Shown: positions 10,467 through 19,948, counted from the first letter of the stretch. The stretch: 64,000 nucleotides of DNA from Bernardetia sp. ABR2-2B (GCF_037126435.1 NZ_CP147020.1:1587293-1651292); one strand, 5' to 3'. Made by a program: numbers and translations. Notes: a model not told the origin generated them from the letters alone.

Positions 10467-13400
10467 TTATTTTTTGACTTTATAATTGAAAGATTTTCCT
10501 TCTAAAGTGATAGTATAGTTGTGCGAACCAAGCAGGTATAAAGGTCTTTCAAAAGAAGTGTAAAATGACTGATATTTTGAAGGTGTTATTCCTTTATAAT
10601 GACCATTTTGCAGAAAGTGATCTTTAACATTAAGAGCCTTATTGTGTGCAAATTTTTGAAGTTTTTGAATATCTCTAGCCAAAATGTAATTTCTATATTC
10701 GATAATCGGAATGTAGTATTTTGTATTACTATCAAAACCTAAGTTATTATCAAATTGGTTCTTAGAAGGTTTTGGAACATTGATTTGTAAATTCAACCCT
10801 CCTAGATTCAAGTTTTGCTTTGGAGCTTTTGCTCTTGCTTGTTGAATTTCATAAGGCGAAATAAGTGTTTTGGGAAGTGTATACGTTATTCCTTTTGGCT
10901 TAAATAAAGAACTTGGATAATTTGATGAGTTTCTATTCGAACCAACTCTATAAACCTTTTGATAATGAGGACGATAAAACATAATCGTATTTCTCATTTC
11001 CAAATTATAAATTGGGGGTTGAAACGTCTTGTTACTTCCAAAATTATACAATCCATAATAACGAGTAGGGTGGAATGTTGGAACAAAATTTAAAATTCCT
11101 TCTCCATACTTAGCTTTCAAAATAGAATGTTTGAAATGCTCGTTCGCATATTCTTGTGGAAACTGATTTGTATTTTGATAAGCTGTCATTAAACTAATGC
11201 CGTTTGTGGTGGGTGGAGTCAAATCTAAGTTTTTCCCGAAACCTAATTTTCTTGTCGCTTGTACATAACCATACGCATCCACTACATCAATCGGCTCATC
11301 ACAAGCAAGGGCAATCATAGCCACTTCTGCACACTGATTATTTCCTATTGATATAGTTGCTAATTCAGCTTGTTTAATACTCATTTTATTCATCTTATCT
11401 ATCATTTTATTATACTTTCCAGTTCTGAAATGATAAGTAAGAAGTTTGGTTTCAACTTGTTTTTTAGAGTTACGGCTGCCTTTGAGAGCTGTATAATATG
11501 CCATACTACTTCCTCCAATATTTTTCTCTATTTGATTCGTGTTTGCTCCTGCTGACAAGTTATTATTTCCTTCTTTATCAATACGAATAATACTGATTTC
11601 ATAAATGGTAGAACCTTCTAATTGTGGAATTTGGAAATTAACTTGGTCAAAAGTACAGTTTACCTTATCTGTATCTATGCTTTTGCCTGTTTTGAGGTCT
11701 GTAAAACGAGTTACAAAAATAGTTGAGCCTTCAGAAATATGTAGTTTTTCAAATAAAGGTTGGTCGCAAATAGACTTTGTAAGTTTTACATTACCCCACC
11801 TTGCGCCTTTAAAGGCATAACGAGACCTTGCAAAAGGATTTGCACTCACAATCTGACTTTGAGGAATCTTCTTTAATCCTGTATCTGTTGTGAAAGAAGT
11901 TGATTTATGTTGAGTAGCTAGTTTGGTATGAATATTATTTTCAATTTCCCAACCTGAAACTTCTACATAAAACGTATATTTTGTTTTTGGTTTTAAGGCT
12001 TCTTTTGCTACAAAATAGGCTTCTTTTTGGTATTTATCGAATTTGGTTTTACCTTCTACAATTATCTTTTTTCCTCCTTCTTGATATGATAGTTCAGCTT
12101 TTTGCAAACGAACATAAACTGTACTGACTTCATCTTGCTCATCTTCGTTTTCGGCAGGTACAACCAATTTGTAGGTATTACCTGAATAATACTTTGTAAT
12201 GCCTTGGCTTTCATCTCTACCAATTCCCAAATTAAAAGATACGCTTGGGTCAGTCATTACACTTGCTTTTTTAGAGCCTTCTTTTGGAGCAATTTGAGAA
12301 ATTAGAGGATAATCATCAAAAGGATTTTTATTTCCTTGTCCTGTAAACTCACATTTTTCGCCAAACTCAAATTCAAAATCCATATTTATTTTGATGCGAT
12401 TTCCTAAAAGTCCACCCTTTACGACAAAGTTTCCACCCAAATAACTAGGATTTGGAGCTTCTACCTCTACAAGTGCAGCACTCTTCAAGTCTATTATTTT
12501 GAATTCCCTCTCTTTACCAAATAGTTTTCCTTTAAAACCTGCTTCTCCACCAAAATATCCGTAAGCTTGTCCCTTTGCTCTCCATTTATTGATTCCAAAA
12601 TCAGATTTATTATTACAAAGTGTTTCATCACTATATTTAGCAAGAAGAATATCAAAACCTGCAAAGAGTTCAAAGTCAGCATAGAGAAACAAAAACTTTG
12701 CATCTAAAGCTCTTCTGAAACCTAGTCCCATTGCAAAACCTTTTCCTTCTTGCGCTTCTTGGTATTGTGCCTTTTGTGATATTGGAAGATTGAGTGTCTG
12801 ACGTATTTTTTTAGGGACAGATGGCAAATATTGAGGAATATGCGTTCCCATCATAAAATAACCATTGTAAGAAAGTGTGGTAACTTTCAAATCAATATTC
12901 ATATTCAAACGGCTCTTGTCATTCCAAGGCTCATCTTGCATAGCTTGTGATTTTGACCATTTTCCTAAATTCAGATACCATTTGTTTGGTTCAAAATGTA
13001 ATTCAAGGTTTCCGTTTCCTTGCACCACATCTCCAGCTTTTATATTGATTGCACCAGCCATATTAAAAGCAGGTTTGATGGCATCAATTTTTATTCTGAC
13101 CGAAGCACTAGCCACAGCATTTATTTTTTCTGCCATTGGTAAATCAATTGGCTGCATAAAATAACCATCGCCTTTTAAAATAAGCGAATCTAAAGCTAGT
13201 CCTTTTACATTATCATTTCGCATAAATACTTCAAAACCTAAATCAGCATTAAAACTAGAAGCAGCATCTGCACCACCAGAAAGCCCCAAAACCATATTGG
13301 CTTTGAAACCAAATTTGTCTTTTTGAGGTGTAAATGTAGTTCCTGAAACGGTTTGCCCTGCTTCTGAATTTGGATCAAAATCAACTGTTTCAAACTGCTC

Positions 13401-16400
13401 ATAAGAAACTGCTTTTGGCGTTTCTCCTCGTTTCATATTGTACCACGCACCACCACCAAAACCATAGGCAGACAAAGAAGTAGTCATAGGAATACCTGTT
13501 TTTAGCAATGCCATTGCATCAAAATACCAGTATCTAAATCCTTCTTTTGTAACTTGATTATTTTTGTTTTTGATAGAAAGTGTTTTTCCAATCTGTAATG
13601 TAGCATCTACTTTTACTAGCTTTTGAATATCAACACTTACTGCACCTCTAAAACCATTACCAAATGTTTGGTCTTGTTTATAAATATCAACTTCTCCTGT
13701 AAAGTGAGCTACACCGATATTTGCATCAATATTAATACTGTTTAAAGAAGTTTCTTCATAACTTAACTTTTTAGTATTTTTATTATACTTAGAAAAAACA
13801 GTAAAAGTAGTTCCTCCTTTTATTCCGTTAGCAAGGTTTATAAGCGTGAGTTGTGGTGATAACTTTATCCCATATATTTCTCCATTGCCTTTTTGTACAG
13901 AAGTAAGTTCTAAAGGTTTCTCAGGATCAAAGGATAAAGGAAAGTCTGCCAAACGACTTTGTGGTTGGTTTGGGTTTTCTAAAGCAAACTTTGTAAAAGA
14001 CTGAATGAGCTTATTAGAGCCACTTTTTAAAGCTAGTTTTTCGAAACGAATATCAGGAAGTGAAAAACTAGATACATTATTTTTATCTAATTCTTCTTCT
14101 TGTCCTTCCGAATTTTTGGCTTTTCCATCTGCCCAGTTGATACTTATCGCTCCATTTAATTCGGCATCAACGCCCCATTTATTATTCTTTTCTTTGATGG
14201 TAATTTTCGAGTCTTCGTCCAAATCTAAAGTAGCCACCCAAGCTGACACTGAATACTCTTCATTAGTTATGACAGAAAAAATAAAATCAGCATCTCCATT
14301 TTGATTGGCTTGATTGATAGAGCCTTCATAACTCAAGGCTTCATCAGTCAGAGGAATTTTGAGGTTTCCTTCCATAAGTCCACCAGAAAGCGAACTATTT
14401 TTGAGTGTAATTCCAAACTTTTCAAGTGAAATAGCCCAGTCATCAACATTTCCATCATTTAAAGAAAGTAATTCTCCACTTGCATCAATTTTTCCAGAAA
14501 AACCTAACTTGTCTATGATAAATTCATCAGCTTCCAACACTAAAGCCTTTTTATCTTTCTTAAATACTTTTGGCAGCGTTACACTCAAGTTTTGAATATA
14601 AACTCCTACCCAATCATTTCCTTTTTGATGTTTTTGTTTGACAGAAGTAGGTGTTTTTTTACCTGACAAATCCAACGACAAAGAAGGCGCAGCAAAAACC
14701 AAGTTTTGAGCCGATGGCAGTACAAAAGAAGGATAATTAAAATCAGCTTCAAAAATCCAACCTCCAGCCTGTTCGATTTCTGTTTGGAAAGTTGCTTGTA
14801 GTTTTTTGTTTTCGTTCTGAACTACTTTGTTATCTTGATACGGCAAAACTTTATTTCTTGACCACTCCAAATGACCTTTTAAAGCTACGTTTTCGATTCC
14901 TTTACAACTAAAATTTGCATACGTATTTTGCTGTCCTTTTTCTAGGATTAATGTCAAATCATTCGAAAGTTTTAAGGTTTTATCACTAGAAAGTGAAATT
15001 CTACCTTCTGTATCAGCACAAAAACCATTCGGACGGATTCCCAAGCCTGTTCCTGTAAGCATAAAAAGGTCATTCTGTACAACTTGTGGAATTTCCACTC
15101 CCAAAACAGTGTGCATTTTGGCTTCCGTTGGAGAAAAAATAATTCCGACAATCGCCAAATTATAATTATTATTATCTAAACTTAAAGGCAAACCTATCGG
15201 AACATTTCCACCCAATTTAGAAACTTGTCTTGAGACATTTCCTAAAAACTGATTGATTTGTTTGGCTTTACTAGCGATGCTTTCCAAATCTGCATTTGGA
15301 TTTTCACTTATGGCTTGACTAATCAAGTTTTGATTATCTACCTTTGCATAAATATTTCCATCAAAGAGTTGAAAGTTATCATTTACTTTCAGATTATTAA
15401 ATTTTACTTTTATAGGAGCATTCAGAAAGGCTACCAAAATTGTCCCTTCTCCCGAATTATTTCCATTGATAGAAGTAATTTTCATCTTAAATTTTCCTGC
15501 AATTATTTCTTGTCCTACTGAAAGCTTTAGGGGTGCAGAAGGTGTAGGCGCAACAATTTGACAAGCAGCCATACATTCAGGCGAATCTTGTGGGTCTTTA
15601 GGAATGTTTGGATTATCGTCATCGTTTGGTAAATCACCTCCATCCACAACGACTACTACATCATCAGGAGGGGGAGGATTATCATCTTCTCCATCATTAT
15701 CGTTATCATCATCACCTTCGTTATCTCCATCACCCACAACTACAATTTTATCATCTTCATAAGTAAAAGAAGTAACAGGGCTGTGTCCTTGATTTTTGAA
15801 TTGAATCGAATTGCTAGGGTCGTAAGCCGTTACACGAAGCGCATATTTTCGTCCTTCTTGCAAAGGAGGCATCGCCAAAGTATATGAAAATGTATTTGTG
15901 ATAATATTATCTTTCTCAAAATAAGTTTGAATAGATGGATTATTAAAAGCATCGTTGATATTGAATAAATTATTTGCACTCATATCCACAATTTCTAAAC
16001 GATAACGAGTTTTTGAAGGCACACCAGCAGGAGTCCAAACAAAATTCACAAATTGAGGTGTACTAGGATTTATTTTGGCTTCATGAAGTGGCAAAACCAT
16101 AATTGGAGGGTCATAATTGGTAATGACAATCGAAGCACAACCAAACTCAGAAGATAAAAGTGTGTTATTCTGAAACTCAAAAGCCTTTATACACAATGAA
16201 TAAGCACCTTCTGGAAGAGCCTCATTTTGAGCCAATGTAGAAACAGAAACCCCTTGTATTTGTACGTCGTTTTCTGTTAGATTTGCATTAAAACTTTGCA
16301 GTTGGTTGTAAGTAAAAGTTCTTGTTTGTCGTGGATTTAGAACAATAGGAGCAGTCGGAAAGTAACTCTCTTTTACTCTGACAGAAACACCATTATTTCC

Positions 16401-16628
16401 TTCTAAAGAAGGAATTAGACGGATTTGCTTGGTTTCATTGCTTGTGTTGGTAAGCGTAATAATTACAGAATTTCCTCTATTGATATAATTTTCTAAATAA
16501 ATAGAATACGGAGGAACGACTGTAACAGTCACGTTTATAGGTTGTGAAAAAGCTGTTTGAATGTTAAGAATACAAACAAATAAAAATGCTAAAATTGATA
16601 GGTAAGTTTGGTATTTTTGTGTCCTCAT
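10467..16628 (-). CDS. giant (2053-aa) secreted protein: N-terminal Ig-like region, poly-Asp/Asn/Gly/Pro linker, then a very beta-strand-rich C-terminal region of about 1700 aa
   Basis: Signal peptide (…LNIQTAFSQP). An acidic low-complexity tract VVVGDGDNEGDDDNDNDGEDDNPPPPDDVVVVVDGGDLPNDDDNP (about aa 295-345). Long runs of alternating hydrophobic residues with frequent G/Y/F in the remainder. Same strand and tight spacing with the two downstream genes. Confidence 0.6.
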   Translation of the reverse strand: MRTQKYQTYLSILAFLFVCILNIQTAFSQPINVTVTVVPPYSIYLENYINRGNSVIITLTNTSNETKQIRLIPSLEGNNGVSVRVKESYFPTAPIVLNPRQTRTFTYNQLQSFNANLTENDVQIQGVSVSTLAQNEALPEGAYSLCIKAFEFQNNTLLSSEFGCASIVITNYDPPIMVLPLHEAKINPSTPQFVNFVWTPAGVPSKTRYRLEIVDMSANNLFNINDAFNNPSIQTYFEKDNIITNTFSYTLAMPPLQEGRKYALRVTAYDPSNSIQFKNQGHSPVTSFTYEDDKIVVVGDGDNEGDDDNDNDGEDDNPPPPDDVVVVVDGGDLPNDDDNPNIPKDPQDSPECMAACQIVAPTPSAPLKLSVGQEIIAGKFKMKITSINGNNSGEGTILVAFLNAPIKVKFNNLKVNDNFQLFDGNIYAKVDNQNLISQAISENPNADLESIASKAKQINQFLGNVSRQVSKLGGNVPIGLPLSLDNNNYNLAIVGIIFSPTEAKMHTVLGVEIPQVVQNDLFMLTGTGLGIRPNGFCADTEGRISLSSDKTLKLSNDLTLILEKGQQNTYANFSCKGIENVALKGHLEWSRNKVLPYQDNKVVQNENKKLQATFQTEIEQAGGWIFEADFNYPSFVLPSAQNLVFAAPSLSLDLSGKKTPTSVKQKHQKGNDWVGVYIQNLSVTLPKVFKKDKKALVLEADEFIIDKLGFSGKIDASGELLSLNDGNVDDWAISLEKFGITLKNSSLSGGLMEGNLKIPLTDEALSYEGSINQANQNGDADFIFSVITNEEYSVSAWVATLDLDEDSKITIKEKNNKWGVDAELNGAISINWADGKAKNSEGQEEELDKNNVSSFSLPDIRFEKLALKSGSNKLIQSFTKFALENPNQPQSRLADFPLSFDPEKPLELTSVQKGNGEIYGIKLSPQLTLINLANGIKGGTTFTVFSKYNKNTKKLSYEETSLNSINIDANIGVAHFTGEVDIYKQDQTFGNGFRGAVSVDIQKLVKVDATLQIGKTLSIKNKNNQVTKEGFRYWYFDAMALLKTGIPMTTSLSAYGFGGGAWYNMKRGETPKAVSYEQFETVDFDPNSEAGQTVSGTTFTPQKDKFGFKANMVLGLSGGADAASSFNADLGFEVFMRNDNVKGLALDSLILKGDGYFMQPIDLPMAEKINAVASASVRIKIDAIKPAFNMAGAINIKAGDVVQGNGNLELHFEPNKWYLNLGKWSKSQAMQDEPWNDKSRLNMNIDLKVTTLSYNGYFMMGTHIPQYLPSVPKKIRQTLNLPISQKAQYQEAQEGKGFAMGLGFRRALDAKFLFLYADFELFAGFDILLAKYSDETLCNNKSDFGINKWRAKGQAYGYFGGEAGFKGKLFGKEREFKIIDLKSAALVEVEAPNPSYLGGNFVVKGGLLGNRIKINMDFEFEFGEKCEFTGQGNKNPFDDYPLISQIAPKEGSKKASVMTDPSVSFNLGIGRDESQGITKYYSGNTYKLVVPAENEDEQDEVSTVYVRLQKAELSYQEGGKKIIVEGKTKFDKYQKEAYFVAKEALKPKTKYTFYVEVSGWEIENNIHTKLATQHKSTSFTTDTGLKKIPQSQIVSANPFARSRYAFKGARWGNVKLTKSICDQPLFEKLHISEGSTIFVTRFTDLKTGKSIDTDKVNCTFDQVNFQIPQLEGSTIYEISIIRIDKEGNNNLSAGANTNQIEKNIGGSSMAYYTALKGSRNSKKQVETKLLTYHFRTGKYNKMIDKMNKMSIKQAELATISIGNNQCAEVAMIALACDEPIDVVDAYGYVQATRKLGFGKNLDLTPPTTNGISLMTAYQNTNQFPQEYANEHFKHSILKAKYGEGILNFVPTFHPTRYYGLYNFGSNKTFQPPIYNLEMRNTIMFYRPHYQKVYRVGSNRNSSNYPSSLFKPKGITYTLPKTLISPYEIQQARAKAPKQNLNLGGLNLQINVPKPSKNQFDNNLGFDSNTKYYIPIIEYRNYILARDIQKLQKFAHNKALNVKDHFLQNGHYKGITPSKYQSFYTSFERPLYLLGSHNYTITLEGKSFNYKVKK

Positions 16629-16730
16629 TAGTATTGATGATGATTTATGTAATGATTGTTTTCCTATTTTTTATTTAGAAAAGACATTATTTTATAGCCT
16701 CATTTTTTGATAAAAATGAGTATTGGTATT

Positions 16731-16759
16731 CTGATTTAACTTTTGATATTACTGATTTA
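16731..16759 (-). promoter_or_regulatory. candidate LytTR-type operator: direct repeats CTGATTTA spaced 21 bp, about 100-130 bp upstream of the giant gene
   Basis: CTGATTTA occurs at 16731-16738 and 16752-16759. The 21-bp periodicity matches the typical spacing of LytTR (AgrA-like) binding repeats. The background is AT-rich, so chance is possible. Confidence 0.2.
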
Positions 16760-16923
16760 TATATAGAACAAGTGAGTTAAGACTACTTTAAAAATACAGA
16801 AATAACTTACTCCTTTGACTTGTTAAAATATGTTACGTCAAAAATCTTTAAAAAGGTTCTGTAAGGCAAGTAAAATGAGGCAAACGGTAACTTTTGGGGC
16901 GAATGGCAAGGTAATTATATAAC

Positions 16924-19287
16924 TTAATCCTGTTTTTTTGTGAATATTTCTATTTTTTGCTTAATGATAGAATTGTTTTTTCTTGATACAGGGATAAGCT
17001 CATCGCCATAAAATAAGTGTAATTTGTAGCCTTGTGAGTTTCCAGAAATGTGTTTTACTTGATGAAGATTGATAAGATAACTTTTATGACAGCGAAAAAA
17101 TTGAGGAAAATCTTTTTCTAAAATTTCTGAAATAGATTTGAGTGTATTGCGAATTAGTTTTTTTGAAATGATTTTATTCTCTAAAAAAATAATTTCTAAA
17201 TAATTATCAGCAGCTTGAATGTAGAGTAAATTATCTGATTCTATTTTAAAATCTTCTTCTTTGTTTTCAGTTGGTATAGAGATAAGGTTAGATTTTATTT
17301 GCAATGATTCTGTAAGAGTAGGTTCTGTTTTTTTATGCTGTGATACTTCTAGTTGTTTCTCTACTTCCTCTATTTTTTCTAGTCTTTCAAATTCAATTCC
17401 TACAGAATTATTTTGAAACTGTTCTTTGTTATTAGGCAGCTTAGTAGTTTCATAGATCAATTTTCTCCTTGTTTCAAAATAATTTTTGATATAAAATGAA
17501 ATAAGAATAGGAAAAACAGCCACAGAAATAGTATAAAATTCAAATTTTAGGATTCCCCAAATTGTTAAGTCAATAAAACCAGCCCAATTAGCGTATAAAA
17601 TATTTACAAAACCTATTGTTCCAATATTGATAATGGTTACTACAAGTTCTTTTGCTACTGTCCAATTTTCAGTTTGAAATAGTTTAGGAAAAAAATAGAA
17701 TGCTACTACTTGAAATGCAAACATTACAGTAAAACAAATAAGTCCAGACCCAAAAGCGACCTCAAAAATATTTAATTGATGTCCGTAAGCTATTCCAAAA
17801 GGCTGAAAAATGAGCAAGAAAAAGCTGATAAACAGACTATAAACTACACAAGTCCAAATGCGTTTTTGAATAGAAGTTTCTAGTGGATACTGTCGTGTAA
17901 AAAATGAAATTATAGTTTCTTTACTTAAAGAAAACTGATTATTTCTAACTCTTTCTTCCTGTATTACGTTTTGTTTTGGTATAACTTTTTGGTTTTCTTT
18001 TTTAGTTTCTAAAGTCTGCAACTGCTTAATTTCATGTTCTTTTTTCAATACATTTCTTTTGTCTCCCAAAGCAAAAGAAATAAACAAAACTTCTAGGACT
18101 GAGCCTAATTGTACAGGATTTAAGTAATTACTAGGAGGTAACAAAACCAACGTTTGGGCTATGGCTAAGATAAAACCTAGTGTCAAGAATCCCCATCCTA
18201 ATAAATAATATTTGGCAGGTCTAAACCCTCGGTAATAACTTAAAATTCCTGTGATAAGCAATACAATTCCTAAGGTCAGAATTCCCACTTGTGATAACAT
18301 CCAAGCCTCAATTTTGAAGCTGGAAAAAACCAATAGAATAATCAGAAATCCAAAAACAATATAGAAGTTTAAAAGATATGAAAGCCATTTAGGCAATATA
18401 ATTTTTGCAAAAAAAGTCTTGGTAAAAATTACAGCAAAAATTTGCATCAGAGCAGCTTGTAGGATAATAAACTGGTTTAGCTCTGGTATTTCTGGCCACA
18501 AGTATTTAAAAGAATAGCTATAAATACTTGCCATAAAAAACATTGTAAAAAAAGCATAAAGCACATAAGTCAGATACACAAGTTCTCTATTAATCAGAAA
18601 AACAAAAAGGTTATATAAAATGACTAGAATCATAAAACCTAAGTATATGCCTTGAGCAAAATCAAAATCACGAACAAAGGCAAGGTAATTCTCTGCAGAC
18701 CAAGAACGAAAAGAAAACAAAAGGGGTTGTAGCGAACGGATGCGTATGTAAATCATACTTTCAGAAACTTCTTCGACTGGAAATGTAAAATAGCCCACTT
18801 GAAAAGGACGACTTGAAAAGGGGTAATTATCTCCTGTCGTAATTTGTTGAATAATTTTTCCTTGAGCATTTACTTGATAGAAAGTAATCTCATCTAAAGA
18901 ACCTGCTCCTAATTCAATACGGTTATCTCCTTTTGAGATACTTTGATAAGGTATTTTGAGCCAAAAAGACGAATAAGAACTTTCTAAATTTATATATTCT
19001 AATGTATTTTGTTCAAAATTATAGGATTCATTTCCTAGTAAGTCTTGAAGTGTGAGTGTTCTTTTAGCATCTTCAAGTATAGATACCTCTTTGCCTAACG
19101 TATGAAAAGTATAAGCCTGTGCTTTCAAAGACAGGCAAGTTAAAAGTGAGATAAAAAGGCTAAAAGTAAAGGCTACATAAACACACTTTTTAAATGATAT
19201 TCCCAAAGGGTATTGCTTTCTTAGTAATGAGACAAGAAACATAAAAAATAATAGTAGTAGTGGTAATTCTCTGATTGGGAATGTCAA
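16924..19287 (-). CDS. membrane receptor-regulator: 7TMR-DISM (extracellular DISMED2-like domain plus 7TM) fused to a C-terminal LytTR DNA-binding domain
   Basis: Signal/TM, an extracytoplasmic domain of about 170 aa, then 7 or more TM helices (typical 7TMR-DISM_7TM layout). After a coiled-coil linker, the C-terminal 100 aa match the LytTR fold motif (…LLYIQAADNYLEIIF…FFRCHKSYLINLHQV…). Confidence 0.65.
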   Translation of the reverse strand: MTFPIRELPLLLLFFMFLVSLLRKQYPLGISFKKCVYVAFTFSLFISLLTCLSLKAQAYTFHTLGKEVSILEDAKRTLTLQDLLGNESYNFEQNTLEYINLESSYSSFWLKIPYQSISKGDNRIELGAGSLDEITFYQVNAQGKIIQQITTGDNYPFSSRPFQVGYFTFPVEEVSESMIYIRIRSLQPLLFSFRSWSAENYLAFVRDFDFAQGIYLGFMILVILYNLFVFLINRELVYLTYVLYAFFTMFFMASIYSYSFKYLWPEIPELNQFIILQAALMQIFAVIFTKTFFAKIILPKWLSYLLNFYIVFGFLIILLVFSSFKIEAWMLSQVGILTLGIVLLITGILSYYRGFRPAKYYLLGWGFLTLGFILAIAQTLVLLPPSNYLNPVQLGSVLEVLFISFALGDKRNVLKKEHEIKQLQTLETKKENQKVIPKQNVIQEERVRNNQFSLSKETIISFFTRQYPLETSIQKRIWTCVVYSLFISFFLLIFQPFGIAYGHQLNIFEVAFGSGLICFTVMFAFQVVAFYFFPKLFQTENWTVAKELVVTIINIGTIGFVNILYANWAGFIDLTIWGILKFEFYTISVAVFPILISFYIKNYFETRRKLIYETTKLPNNKEQFQNNSVGIEFERLEKIEEVEKQLEVSQHKKTEPTLTESLQIKSNLISIPTENKEEDFKIESDNLLYIQAADNYLEIIFLENKIISKKLIRNTLKSISEILEKDFPQFFRCHKSYLINLHQVKHISGNSQGYKLHLFYGDELIPVSRKNNSIIKQKIEIFTKKQD

Positions 19288-19392
19288 TTAAAACAATCTT
19301 TTGATGCAACAAGAAAAGGATATTTTTTTGTAAAAGCGAATTAGACTTGAAGTCAAATTAAAATAGGGAGTATCCCATCAAGTGTGTAAGTA

Positions 19393-19436
19393 GAAAATAA
19401 CATAGTTTGGGACATGTCCCAAACTATGTTATTTTC
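19393..19436. repeat. perfect 44-bp palindrome followed by a T-rich run
   Basis: GAAAATAACATAGTTTGGGACATGTCCCAAACTATGTTATTTTC is self-complementary with zero mismatches. It is followed by TTTTCTTTTTTCTTTTC on the plus strand. Confidence 0.8.
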
Positions 19437-19469
19437 TTTTTTCTTTTCAACTCTTAAACTTTACATACG

Positions 19470-19948
19470 ATGAATCCAGAAGAGATATTTAATGATGATT
19501 TTTTTAAACAGTTCAAAACAGGTAAAGACCTTACCAACTTTTTAACAGCTCTCCAAAAACGAGGGATAGAAAAAATGTTGGAAGGAGAACTAGATGCTCA
19601 TTTAGAGTACGAAAAACATCAAAAAGTCCTACACAGAACAAACGCAATGGACACAGCACTAAGAGCATAAAGACCAGTTTTGGTCAATCTCAAATCAAAG
19701 TACCTAGAAACCGTGAAGCCTCTTTTAACCCAATGCTTATTCCCAAACGAAAAAGTATGGTAGAAGGTATTGAAAATGTGATTGTTTCGCTCTATGCCAA
19801 AGGAATGAGTGTCTCTGATATTGAAGCTCAAATTAAAGAAGTCTATAATTTTGAGGTCTCTCCTAGTACCATTTCACGTATTACAGATAGCATTACCAAT
19901 GACATCGTAGCATGGCAAAACCGTCCTTTAGAACCTGTCTATTTGTAG
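19470..19948 (+). mobile_element. IS256-family (Mutator-type) transposase N-terminal remnant, frameshifted and truncated
   Basis: Two short ORFs in different frames match the IS256 transposase N-terminus (…LEGELDAHLEYEKHQ… and …IVSLYAKGMSVSDIEAQIKEVYNFEVSPSTISRITD…WQNRPLEPVY). Only about 140 aa are present and the catalytic DDE region is absent. Confidence 0.65.

Noticed and set aside
8960-15521. Numerous 60-106-aa ORFs antisense to the large minus-strand genes (for example 8960..9280, 9643..9861, 11370..11555, 12877..13164, 14005..14304, 15258..15521)
   Set aside because: They are fully embedded antisense to long, well-supported CDSs with low-complexity translations. These are typical spurious ORFs in AT-rich DNA.
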